Positions 47,516 through 57,817 of a stretch of DNA of 64,000 bases are shown piece by piece. The notes under the pieces are model-generated. The model was given only the letters and a program-made list of their open reading frames with translations, was not told the DNA's origin and did not search any database. This DNA comes from an uncultured Bacteroidales bacterium. Lineage in GTDB: Bacteria; Bacteroidota; Bacteroidia; Bacteroidales; ML635J-15. Position 1 is the first letter of the stretch; each line of letters starts with the position of its first letter. A program made the translations under genes and the position numbers. The stretch covers positions 14,433 through 78,432 of the forward strand of contig CAYQMB010000001.1 in NCBI GenBank assembly GCA_964418565.1. The letters run 5' to 3'.

Positions 47516-49741
47516 ATGGATATTTTTCTGATTATTGTAATTGTGCTTTTTGCCCTGGCTATCACCGACCTGGTGGTAGGTGTCAGCAACGATGCTGTTA
47601 ACTTTCTCAACTCAGCAATTGGAGCACGTGCAGCCCGTTTTAGAAATCTGATGATTATTACTACCATCGGAATTATCCTGGGAGCAATTTTGTCCGGAGG
47701 CATGATGGAAGTTGCACGAAAAGGGATTTTTCATCCTGAAAATTTCTTTTTTGATGAGATCATGATCATGTTTCTGGCCGTGATGCTAACCGACATCATA
47801 TTGCTGGATACATTCAACTCACTAGGTTTACCTACATCAACCACAGTATCCATTGTCTTTGAATTACTTGGTGCCGCGGTGGGCATGTCAATCATCAAAA
47901 TTTCAGGCAATCCGGATTCCCTGTCAATGGGGGAATACATTAATACGGACAAAGCCCTGGCCATCATTATGGGGATTTTGCTGTCCGTGTTTATTGCATT
48001 TAGTGTTGGTGCGTTAATTCAATACCTTTCACGGCTCTTGTTTTCATTCAATTTTGAAAAACGCATGAAGTATTTTGGTGGGGTTTTTGGTGGATTGGCC
48101 ATTACCGCCATTACCTATTTCATGCTCATCAAAGGGGTAAAAAACGCACCCTTTATGACTGATGAACTAAAGCACAGCATTACTTCCAATTCCATGCTCA
48201 TCATAGGCATAAGCTTTGTTTTCTGGACTGTCCTTATGCAGATTCTGCACATGGCATTTCGCGTCAACATTTTGCGTGTTATTGTACTGATCGGCACCAT
48301 GGCTCTGGCCATGGCCTTTGCCAGCAACGACCTGGTAAACTTCATCGGTGTACCAATTGCCGGTCTGGATTCTTACATCAATTTCACGAATTCCGGCAAT
48401 GCGGATCCTTCCGGCTTTGCCATGACAAGTTTATCAAAAGCAGTGGAGACAAAAACCTACCTGCTTATTATCGCTGGCATCATCATGGCAATCACTCTTT
48501 GGTTTTCCCGTAAGGCGCGCTCTGTTGTGAAAACGTCCGTAGACCTTTCTCGTCAGGATGAGGGTGATGAGCGTTTTGGCTCTTCATCTTTCGCTCGCTT
48601 TATCGTACGTGGCAGTGTAAAACTTTCCAAAGGCACGGAAAAGATTCTGCCCAAAGGGATAAAACGGCGAATGAAAAAACAGTTTAAACCCAATAAAGAA
48701 CTGGAAAATCTCCCGGCAAAGGATCGCCCGGCCTTTGACATGCTCAGAGCGGCTGTAAACTTATTTGTTGCCAGTATTCTTATTTCCATCGGTACATCCC
48801 TGAAACTTCCCCTGTCAACAACATACGTTACTTTTATGGTGGCTATGGGTACATCTCTGGCTGACAATGCCTGGGGCAGAGAAAGCGCAGTGTACCGAAT
48901 CACCGGTGTATTATCCGTTATCGGAGGATGGTTTCTGACTGCCCTGAGTGCTTTCACTGTTGCTTTTGTTATGGTAACTATTCTCCATTTTGGTGGCATT
49001 ATTGGCCTGATAATACTCATACTTCTGGCTGCCTTCTTTATTTACAAAACCTACATGAAGCATAAGTCCAAAGAAGCAGAACGGGCAAAAGAAGCTGATC
49101 TATACAAAGGTGAAAGAAGTTTTCTGGAAATTTGCCGCGATAATGTTTCCTTCAACATTTCAAACATGGAAATGGAATTTGAAGCCAACATGACCGGACT
49201 TATCAACAATGACAGAAAAACTCTAAAGAAAAACCTCAAGCGAATCAAGAAAACCAGCAAGGACACGAAATCCCTTAAAAACGATTTATTCAAAACCATA
49301 CAAAAACTTGATCAGGAACAAATCAACACGGGAATGTATTATGTCCAGGTACTCGACTATCTTAGAGAAGCGGCTCACAGTCTGACATACATAGGTGAAC
49401 CTTCACTCACCCATGTTGAGAACAAACACAAAGAGTTATCCAAGGCTCAGATCAAGGCACTGCAACGCTTGGTACAAACCTATATTCCTATTCATCAGGC
49501 GTGCAGGGAAATGATCATGAAAGGAGATTTCACAGCCGTTAATCATGTTAAAGAACAACAGGAATATTTGTTCAACCTGCTGGATGAACTTAAAAAGGAT
49601 CAGCTTAAACGCATCAAAAAGAAAAAAGACGGGACAAAAGCCAGTGTCTTATTCATCAACCTCTTGCAGGAAACCAAACTTTTATCCATCAGTATTGTCA
49701 ATACCTTAAAATCCTACAGGGATTTTAGAGAATTGAAATAG
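47516..49741 (+). CDS. PiT-family inorganic phosphate transporter with ~230-aa C-terminal cytoplasmic helical domain
   Basis: 741 aa. PHO4/PiT signature at both ends of the membrane part (GVSNDAVNFLNSAIG and FASNDLVNFIGVPIAG). From about nt 49050 the protein becomes hydrophilic, helical and K/E-rich. Confidence 0.87.
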   Translation: MDIFLIIVIVLFALAITDLVVGVSNDAVNFLNSAIGARAARFRNLMIITTIGIILGAILSGGMMEVARKGIFHPENFFFDEIMIMFLAVMLTDIILLDTFNSLGLPTSTTVSIVFELLGAAVGMSIIKISGNPDSLSMGEYINTDKALAIIMGILLSVFIAFSVGALIQYLSRLLFSFNFEKRMKYFGGVFGGLAITAITYFMLIKGVKNAPFMTDELKHSITSNSMLIIGISFVFWTVLMQILHMAFRVNILRVIVLIGTMALAMAFASNDLVNFIGVPIAGLDSYINFTNSGNADPSGFAMTSLSKAVETKTYLLIIAGIIMAITLWFSRKARSVVKTSVDLSRQDEGDERFGSSSFARFIVRGSVKLSKGTEKILPKGIKRRMKKQFKPNKELENLPAKDRPAFDMLRAAVNLFVASILISIGTSLKLPLSTTYVTFMVAMGTSLADNAWGRESAVYRITGVLSVIGGWFLTALSAFTVAFVMVTILHFGGIIGLIILILLAAFFIYKTYMKHKSKEAERAKEADLYKGERSFLEICRDNVSFNISNMEMEFEANMTGLINNDRKTLKKNLKRIKKTSKDTKSLKNDLFKTIQKLDQEQINTGMYYVQVLDYLREAAHSLTYIGEPSLTHVENKHKELSKAQIKALQRLVQTYIPIHQACREMIMKGDFTAVNHVKEQQEYLFNLLDELKKDQLKRIKKKKDGTKASVLFINLLQETKLLSISIVNTLKSYRDFRELK

Positions 49742-49837
49742 CGGGCTAATATTTGATGCATGCGGCATTAATCTGCAGATAATTTATTATCTTTCGGTGG
49801 AAAACACGCCATAAACCGAGGCTATATTGGCAACATT

Positions 49838-50812
49838 ATGAAAGAAATCAGACATTACAAGCGTAAAATACTCATAACCGGAGGCGCTGGTTTTATCGGG
49901 AGTGCAACAGCACATAAGCTAATTGAAGACAAGAATAATTACGTGGTTGCCGTGGATGATTTCAGCACGGGGCATCCTGACAAACTTCCGAAAAATTCTG
50001 AAAATTTCAAATTCATTAAATGCGATGCCAACAATTACCGCGATATGCTGGAAATCATGCTGGCATTTCACTTTGATTACGTTTTCCATTATGCTGCTGT
50101 TGTTGGTGTTAAACGCACCCAGGAAAACCCGACAAAGGTGTTAAATGACATCAGCGGAATCGAAAACATTTTATCCATAGCCAAGAACATCGGCGTTAAA
50201 CGGGTATTTTTTGCCTCATCATCAGAAGTATACGGCGAACCCGTGGAAATTCCTCAAAACGTTTATACAACACCCCTCAACTCAAGGCTGCCTTATGCCA
50301 TCGTTAAAAACCTTGGCGAAGCCTACCTGAGGTCGTATCAAAAAGAATACGGACTGGATTTTACCATTTTCAGGTTTTTCAACACATTTGGTCCCATGCA
50401 AAGTCGTGATTTCGTTATCACACGTTTTCTGACACTTGCTTTGAAGAACAAAGACATAACCATCTATGGAGACGGCAGCCAGACACGAACATTTTGTTAC
50501 ATAAAGGATAACGTGGATGCATGTGTGAAAATCGCTTATGAAGACAGATTGGTCAATGATGTAATCAACATCGGACAGTCCCGTGAAACAAGCATTAAAG
50601 AGCTTGCTGAAATCATCATCAAACTAACCGGCTCTTCATCAAAACTTGTATATATGCCTCCGCTTGAGGATGGCGACATGAAACGCCGTTGTCCGGATAA
50701 CAGTACCATGCAAAAAATTCTGGGTAAAGAACTGACATCCCTGGAAGATGGTATACAAATGATACTCGATGAAGGGCTTTTTGAATTAAATCACAATTAT
50801 TGCGATGAATAA
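49838..50812 (+). CDS. NAD-dependent nucleotide-sugar epimerase/dehydratase (SDR; UDP-glucuronate decarboxylase-like)
   Basis: 324 aa. GGAGFIGS Rossmann motif and catalytic YxxxK (YAIVK). Confidence 0.83.
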   Translation: MKEIRHYKRKILITGGAGFIGSATAHKLIEDKNNYVVAVDDFSTGHPDKLPKNSENFKFIKCDANNYRDMLEIMLAFHFDYVFHYAAVVGVKRTQENPTKVLNDISGIENILSIAKNIGVKRVFFASSSEVYGEPVEIPQNVYTTPLNSRLPYAIVKNLGEAYLRSYQKEYGLDFTIFRFFNTFGPMQSRDFVITRFLTLALKNKDITIYGDGSQTRTFCYIKDNVDACVKIAYEDRLVNDVINIGQSRETSIKELAEIIIKLTGSSSKLVYMPPLEDGDMKRRCPDNSTMQKILGKELTSLEDGIQMILDEGLFELNHNYCDE

Positions 50813-51776
50813 TTTTAATGACCTTCAAAAACTGGTTGAAAATCAAATCAACACCCTCAATTTTGATCTGGAACCGGACAATTTATACAAACCCATAGAA
50901 TATAGCCTTTCCAGCGGCGGCAAACGCATCAGGCCGGTACTTGCTCTTATGGCATATGAACTGTACCGTTATGATGTTGAAGAAGCTGTAAAACCCGCCA
51001 CCGGTCTTGAGGTTTTTCATAATTTCACCCTTCTGCATGATGATATTATGGACAAATCGGACATGCGTCGCGGCAAACCAAGTGTCCACAAAAAATATAA
51101 CCTTGACATTGCTTTGCTTTCAGGCGATGCCATGTCAATCCTTGCCACATCCTTAATCAATCAGGCACCACGAAATCAGCAAAAAATAATGCAGGCATTT
51201 ACCCGTGCTGCTCTCGACGTGTGTGAAGGTCAGCAATACGATATGGATTTTGAATCCAGAGAATTCATTTCCGAAGATGATTACCTGAAAATGATTAGCT
51301 TAAAAACCAGCGCTCTGCTGGCTGTTAGTTTAAAAACAGGCGGTCTGATGGCTGACGCCCCTTATCAGGACATCGATGCTCTGTATAAAATGGGATTGTC
51401 CCTGGGACTGGGATTTCAGTTGCAGGATGACTGGCTTGACTGCTTTGGCAACCAGGCAAAATTTGGTAAACCAATTGGCAAGGACATCCTTAACCAAAAG
51501 AAAACACTCCTCTGGATTGAAGCTCATGAAAAAGCAGAAGAAACGGATAAAAAACGGATGCAGAATATCATCAAAGATACATCACTAAATAATGAGAAAA
51601 AAGTGGATACCGTGCTGGGCATATACAATAAACTTGGCATTCCTGAACAAACCAGGAACACCATCAGCTCCTGCTTTGATGAAGCAGAATCCTACCTCAG
51701 CAAACTAAGTGTTGCTGACACAAAAAAAACCATATTACGTGATTTTATCCGTTACATAAAAAACAGAACATATTAA
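50805..51776 (+). CDS. polyprenyl diphosphate synthase
   Basis: 323 aa. First and second Asp-rich motifs are present (LLHDDIMD, QLQDDWLD). It overlaps the upstream gene by 8 nt. Confidence 0.88.
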   Translation: MNNFNDLQKLVENQINTLNFDLEPDNLYKPIEYSLSSGGKRIRPVLALMAYELYRYDVEEAVKPATGLEVFHNFTLLHDDIMDKSDMRRGKPSVHKKYNLDIALLSGDAMSILATSLINQAPRNQQKIMQAFTRAALDVCEGQQYDMDFESREFISEDDYLKMISLKTSALLAVSLKTGGLMADAPYQDIDALYKMGLSLGLGFQLQDDWLDCFGNQAKFGKPIGKDILNQKKTLLWIEAHEKAEETDKKRMQNIIKDTSLNNEKKVDTVLGIYNKLGIPEQTRNTISSCFDEAESYLSKLSVADTKKTILRDFIRYIKNRTY

Positions 51777-51835
51777 AATTACTGCGGATCGTCAATTATA
51801 TGTTTTAGGACAACAGAAATCATGATAATATTTTT

Positions 51836-51843
51836 TACATTTG
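51836..51843 (+). promoter_or_regulatory. -7 promoter box TACATTTG upstream of atpD
   Basis: Exact TAnnTTTG match 21 nt upstream of the ATG at 51864. Confidence 0.4.
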
Positions 51844-51860
51844 TGATGTAGCTTAATTAA

Positions 51861-53393
<1,533 letters not shown>

Positions 53394-53398
53394 GGCTT

Positions 53399-53650
53399 AT
53401 GTTGAATATTGAAATCATATCACCGGAAAAATCCCTTTTTGAGGGAGAGTGTGAAATGGTACAGGTTCCAGGTGCAAAAGGATCTTTCCAGATACTGAAC
53501 ATGCACGCACCCATTATTTCAACACTTGTTAAAGGAAATATAAGGATAAGAACCAGCGGCACCAAACAAGTAAAATCCTGGGAAATTGATAGCGGCGTTG
53601 TCGAATGTCATGATAATAAAATCATCATTCTTGTTGAGGCAGCCGCCTGA
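53399..53650 (+). CDS. atpC: F0F1 ATP synthase subunit epsilon (short form, beta-sandwich domain only)
   Basis: 83 aa, directly after atpD. N-terminal-domain-like sequence (IISPEKSLFEGECEMVQVPGAKGSFQIL). It is too short to contain the C-terminal two-helix domain. Confidence 0.9.
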   Translation: MLNIEIISPEKSLFEGECEMVQVPGAKGSFQILNMHAPIISTLVKGNIRIRTSGTKQVKSWEIDSGVVECHDNKIIILVEAAA

Positions 53651-53672
53651 GCTTTATAAGATTATATACCAT

Positions 53673-53708
53673 AAAAAAACCCGCTGTAATTAAACAACGG
53701 GTTTTTTT
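53673..53708. terminator. A/T-flanked hairpin between convergent atpC and the T9SS cargo gene
   Basis: A7 run, stem CCCGCTG/CAACGGG (one mismatch), 8-nt loop, then T7 run. It could terminate both convergent transcripts. Confidence 0.55.
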
Positions 53709-53728
53709 ATGGCATTTTATTGTTGCAA

Positions 53729-54439
53729 TTACTTTATAATCAGCTTCTGGGTATCCATAATTTCTCCATCTATTGAGTACTGGTATAAATATGTACCACT
53801 TTCCAACTGGTTAACAGGAATGCTTAATGTTCCGGTTCCTTCTCTGTTATAATCAAACACGCGTTTTCCCAGCATATCATACATCTCAATATCCAGAGTT
53901 GACCCCGGACTCAAATTATAATCAACACGGGCATTGCTACTCGCCGGATTGGGATACAGATCACTGACAATAACCCCTTTCACCGGGTCTTCAACCGATG
54001 CAGATGCATCATAAACCACAGTAAACGATACAGCATCCAGTGTATCATCAACGTTAAATAATTTATAATCTATCGTCGCTACTCCCGGGTTGCCGTCAGG
54101 ATTATATTCAACATAAAAACCACTTAACTCATCATTTGCGGGCACATCAAATTCCGGTGACAAATCTATATTAGGCATAAGACATGTTCCTGACACACAA
54201 ATTGAGTTAACCGAACCGTCCACAACGTCTGCATTTACACGCTCTAATCTGGCTGTAATATCCTTGGTATCGTTGTTTTTTACGAGAAATTCCAAGACCA
54301 TCATGTTTTCTGTATCTCCGGTAAGGGAGATATTGCTTTCCAGCTCCTGTGATCCATCAGCCGTTAACAATTGAAGGTTTTGACCAAATGCAAGTGCAGT
54401 AATAAAAAATGTTCCTAAAAAAAGTAATGTCTGTTTCAT
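53729..54439 (-). CDS. small secreted protein with T9SS C-terminal sorting domain
   Basis: 236 aa. Signal peptide MKQTLLFLGTFFITALAFGQ. C-terminal ~75 aa are LYPNPASSNARVDYNL...GTYLYQYSIDGEIMDTQKLIIK, the type-A Por_Secre_tail pattern. Confidence 0.8.
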   Translation of the reverse strand: MKQTLLFLGTFFITALAFGQNLQLLTADGSQELESNISLTGDTENMMVLEFLVKNNDTKDITARLERVNADVVDGSVNSICVSGTCLMPNIDLSPEFDVPANDELSGFYVEYNPDGNPGVATIDYKLFNVDDTLDAVSFTVVYDASASVEDPVKGVIVSDLYPNPASSNARVDYNLSPGSTLDIEMYDMLGKRVFDYNREGTGTLSIPVNQLESGTYLYQYSIDGEIMDTQKLIIK

Positions 54440-54716
54440 ATTCTTTTAATTAATCATTCGTTTGACTGCAATGATAATCAAAAAATCAATGTAAGATTAT
54501 TTTTTCATACCTGTCCCCCGTTTTTTTTGGCCAGGCAAATCATCCACTCACTGAAAGCTTACCTTGTCAGAAAGCAATCTAAAATGCTTATATTTACACT
54601 GAATAGATAATTTTCACACACTTTCCTATAATATAATAATTCTACAGTATTATATTTTGACCTCACATGGAACTTAATCTTATCTTGCATGCTTTAACCA
54701 AAAAGCTTATGTGTTT

Positions 54717-57164
54717 ATGAAACGATCTTTACTTCTGATTGGTTTGCTTTGCCTTACACTTCTCACCTTCGGCCAAAGCAAAAAAAGCAGTTTAACCTGC
54801 ACTCAACCTTCTCAAACAACCAAAAGCACTGCCTCCGAATGGGCTCAGGTTGTAGATTTTACCTCCACCGACATTGATGGCGTTCAGCATCACCTTCAAT
54901 CCTATCTGGATGCCGGCAAAAATGTTATTGTGGATTTATCCGCCACCTGGTGCGGCCCGTGCTGGTCTCTCCACCAAACCGGTGTATTTGAGGATCTGTA
55001 TAATAACTACGGCCCTGCAGGCACTGATGAACTTGTTGTCTTGTGGGTTGAAATTGATGAATCAACAACCCTGGCCGATATTGAAGGTACAGGATCAAAC
55101 ACTCAGGGTGACTGGACAAATGGAGGAGACTTCCCTGTGCCTATTATAAATGATGGGAGTATCAGCTCAAGTTTCTCAGAACTATACGAAGGCCTTGTAC
55201 CAACTGTATTTATGGTATGTCCCTCTGGCATGTACAAAGATATCACAGATGAAGCATGGACAAGCGCCAGTGCCGTTTACAGCACCATATCAACCTGTCC
55301 TGATAACAACAACGATATGGAAATGACCAACGTGTCTACCACAAGCCCTGCTACTGGTTGTGCGCTCGGTACTGAAGAAAATGTTGTAGTTGAACTGACA
55401 AACATTGGCCTTGATGCAGTAACTGATGTAGAGGTTTCATATAGCATTAATGGCGGTACCCTTGTTACAGAAACTGCTCCCGGACCTGTTCCTGCAACTG
55501 GTACGTACACTTACACCTTTACTCAAACCGAAGATCTCTCCGCCATCGGTACATATGAAATTGAAGCAACCGTTAACTGGCCCGAAGATACAGAATCAGC
55601 TAACAATACCAACACCGGCGTTGCTATATCAGGTGACAGCGAGCTTACTGTTGATCTGACCCTGGATAACTACCCGGGTGAAACAAGCTGGGATATCGTT
55701 GATAACACAACCGGAGGTATTATTGCAGAATCACCGGTATATGAAAATGGCGGCTCAAGCCACAGCCAGACTTTCTGTATCCTTAGCTCAAGCTGCTATA
55801 CTTTTACCATTTATGACGAATACGGCGATGGTATCTGCTGTAGCTATGGCGATGGTTCATACACCCTTACAGTGGATGGAACAGAAATAGCTACCGGTGG
55901 TGATTTTAATGAATCAGAATCCGTAAGTGTTGATGCACAAACGCCGGGTCTTTCAGACATAACATTCTGTACAGGCGAAACCATTGACTGGGATACAAGC
56001 GCTGACGGAACATTCTCGCTTTTACCCGCAGACATTGACAACAGCACAACCGGGGACCATAGCGTAACCTATACCATCAACGAAGGTGGTACATGCGAAG
56101 CCTCTGAAACCTTTACCGTTTCAGTTGTTGACAATACACTTGACATCACCCCTGAAGATATTACTGTCTGCCAGGGTGAAAGCATCAATTTCCCTGCAGG
56201 TTCCGGTACGTTTTCACCTGCAACAGTTGACAATACTATTGCGGCAACAACTACGGTTACATATACCATCAACGAAGGTTTGAGCTGCGAAAACTCTGCA
56301 ACCTTTGATGTTACTGTAAATCCCCTGCCCTCCATTGACATTGCATGCGAAAATCAGGAATATTGCATCAACGATGACATTACGCTCCCATCAGGATCGG
56401 GAACATTTGATCCCGCCAGTATTGACAATACCGCAGGAGGTACAACAAGCGTTACTTACACAACCACCACATCTGCTGATGGCTGTGTTAACACCTGCGA
56501 TTTCGATGTTACCGTTTACGATAACACCATTGATATCACCGCCGAAGACATGACTGTTTGTGAAGGCGAAGCAATAGACTTCCCTTCCGGTAGTGGAATT
56601 TATGATCCTTCCACCGTTGACAACAGCACTGCCGGCACAACAACTGTCACCTATTACATGGCTCAGGGCACCGATTGCGAAAACAGCCTTAGCTTTGATG
56701 TCACTGTACTTGAGGCACCGGATGCCACCATCTCACAGGATGGATATGAGCTTTCTACCAGTGCTTCCGGTGATCTTCAGTGGTATATGAATGGCGATCC
56801 CATTGATGGTGCAACCGAATCAACTTATACCTGTACCGAAGACGGAGATTATTATGTGATCGCTACAGACACCAGCGGATGCACCGATCAGTCCAATACC
56901 ATCACCGTAAGCGGAACAGATGTTGAAACCCATAACCTGATTGATTTCAGCATCTATCCAAATCCCGCTGAAGGCCGTATTTATATTGACGTTCCGGAAA
57001 ATACCGTAAACCTGACAATTTACGACATTACCGGCAAAGCCATGCTTAAAAAATCTGATTTCAGCACTGGCACCATCGATATTTCCGCATTCACATCAGG
57101 TGTGTATCTCATCGAAATTGAAAAAGATGAACTCACAGGCATTAAAAAGCTTCTGATTAAATAA
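54717..57164 (+). CDS. T9SS-secreted multidomain protein with N-terminal thioredoxin-like WCGPC domain
   Basis: Signal peptide MKRSLLLIGLLCLTLLTFGQ; the ORF-track GTG at 54711 is also possible. WCGPC lies at nt 54948-54962. There are mid-region beta-sandwich-like domains, four tandem ~62-aa repeats, and a T9SS CTD (IYPNPAEGRIYIDV...GVYLIEIEKDELTGIKKLLIK). Confidence 0.85.
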   Translation: MKRSLLLIGLLCLTLLTFGQSKKSSLTCTQPSQTTKSTASEWAQVVDFTSTDIDGVQHHLQSYLDAGKNVIVDLSATWCGPCWSLHQTGVFEDLYNNYGPAGTDELVVLWVEIDESTTLADIEGTGSNTQGDWTNGGDFPVPIINDGSISSSFSELYEGLVPTVFMVCPSGMYKDITDEAWTSASAVYSTISTCPDNNNDMEMTNVSTTSPATGCALGTEENVVVELTNIGLDAVTDVEVSYSINGGTLVTETAPGPVPATGTYTYTFTQTEDLSAIGTYEIEATVNWPEDTESANNTNTGVAISGDSELTVDLTLDNYPGETSWDIVDNTTGGIIAESPVYENGGSSHSQTFCILSSSCYTFTIYDEYGDGICCSYGDGSYTLTVDGTEIATGGDFNESESVSVDAQTPGLSDITFCTGETIDWDTSADGTFSLLPADIDNSTTGDHSVTYTINEGGTCEASETFTVSVVDNTLDITPEDITVCQGESINFPAGSGTFSPATVDNTIAATTTVTYTINEGLSCENSATFDVTVNPLPSIDIACENQEYCINDDITLPSGSGTFDPASIDNTAGGTTSVTYTTTTSADGCVNTCDFDVTVYDNTIDITAEDMTVCEGEAIDFPSGSGIYDPSTVDNSTAGTTTVTYYMAQGTDCENSLSFDVTVLEAPDATISQDGYELSTSASGDLQWYMNGDPIDGATESTYTCTEDGDYYVIATDTSGCTDQSNTITVSGTDVETHNLIDFSIYPNPAEGRIYIDVPENTVNLTIYDITGKAMLKKSDFSTGTIDISAFTSGVYLIEIEKDELTGIKKLLIK
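55950..56714 (+). repeat. four tandem ~62-aa protein repeats within the T9SS thioredoxin protein gene
   Basis: The repeat pattern is D-I-T-x-C-x-G-E-x-I-(D/N)-(F/W)-P-x-G-S-G-T-F-x-P-x-x-(V/I)-D-N-(S/T)-x-x-G-x-T-x-V-T-Y-T-...-C-E-N-S-x-x-F-D-V-T-V, seen four times at about aa 414-668. The copies have diverged at the nucleotide level. Confidence 0.7.
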
Positions 57165-57175
57165 TTTATCACTAC

Positions 57176-57208
57176 TGAAAGGCCGGCAATGCCGGCCTTT
57201 CCTTTGTT
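57176..57208 (+). terminator. strong hairpin terminator after the T9SS thioredoxin protein gene
   Basis: Perfect 11-bp stem GAAAGGCCGGC/GCCGGCCTTTC with a 3-nt loop, followed by CTTTGTTC, a weak U-tract. Confidence 0.6.
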
Positions 57209-57284
57209 CATTGCCAAATTGGTTTGATTTTTAATATTTTGGTGTAATATTTGTTTAACCAAAAACAAAACAAACATTTTTATC

Positions 57285-57788
57285 ATGAAACATTTGATTT
57301 TGATCATCAGCTTTCTGGGACTTGGATTAACACTTAACGCTCAAAATGTTGCCAATGTGCAACTTAAAACCCTGGAAAGACAAACCGTGCAGTCTCACGA
57401 TGTAATTCAAAATGAAGACGGACCCGTATTGTTGTGTTTCTTCGCAACCTGGTGTAAACCCTGTATCAAAGAACTTAACGCTTACAATGAATTGTATCCC
57501 GACTGGGAGGAAGAAACCGGTGTTAAGATTATTCTGATATCCATAGATAACGCCAGAAGTATGCATCGTGTAGCTCCATTTGTTAACGGTAAAGGATGGG
57601 AGTTTGATGTATATGTAGATGCAAATTCAGATCTCAAACGCGCCATGAATGTAGTAAATGTCCCGCATACCTTTTTACTGGATCAGGATGGCGAAGTGGT
57701 CTGGCAACACACCTCATACATGGAAGGTGACGAGGATAAAGTATACAATGAGATTCAGTCACTTACCAACAGTTCAGAAACAGAATAG
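57285..57788 (+). CDS. TlpA/ResA-like periplasmic thiol:disulfide oxidoreductase (thioredoxin fold)
   Basis: 167 aa. Signal peptide MKHLILIISFLGLGLTLNAQ. WCKPC active site at nt 57450-57464, in an AhpC/TSA-Redoxin-like context (LLCFFATWCKPCIKELN). Confidence 0.88.
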   Translation: MKHLILIISFLGLGLTLNAQNVANVQLKTLERQTVQSHDVIQNEDGPVLLCFFATWCKPCIKELNAYNELYPDWEEETGVKIILISIDNARSMHRVAPFVNGKGWEFDVYVDANSDLKRAMNVVNVPHTFLLDQDGEVVWQHTSYMEGDEDKVYNEIQSLTNSSETE

Positions 57789-57817
57789 CTTAACTGATGT
57801 GGCTTAAACAATTTATC

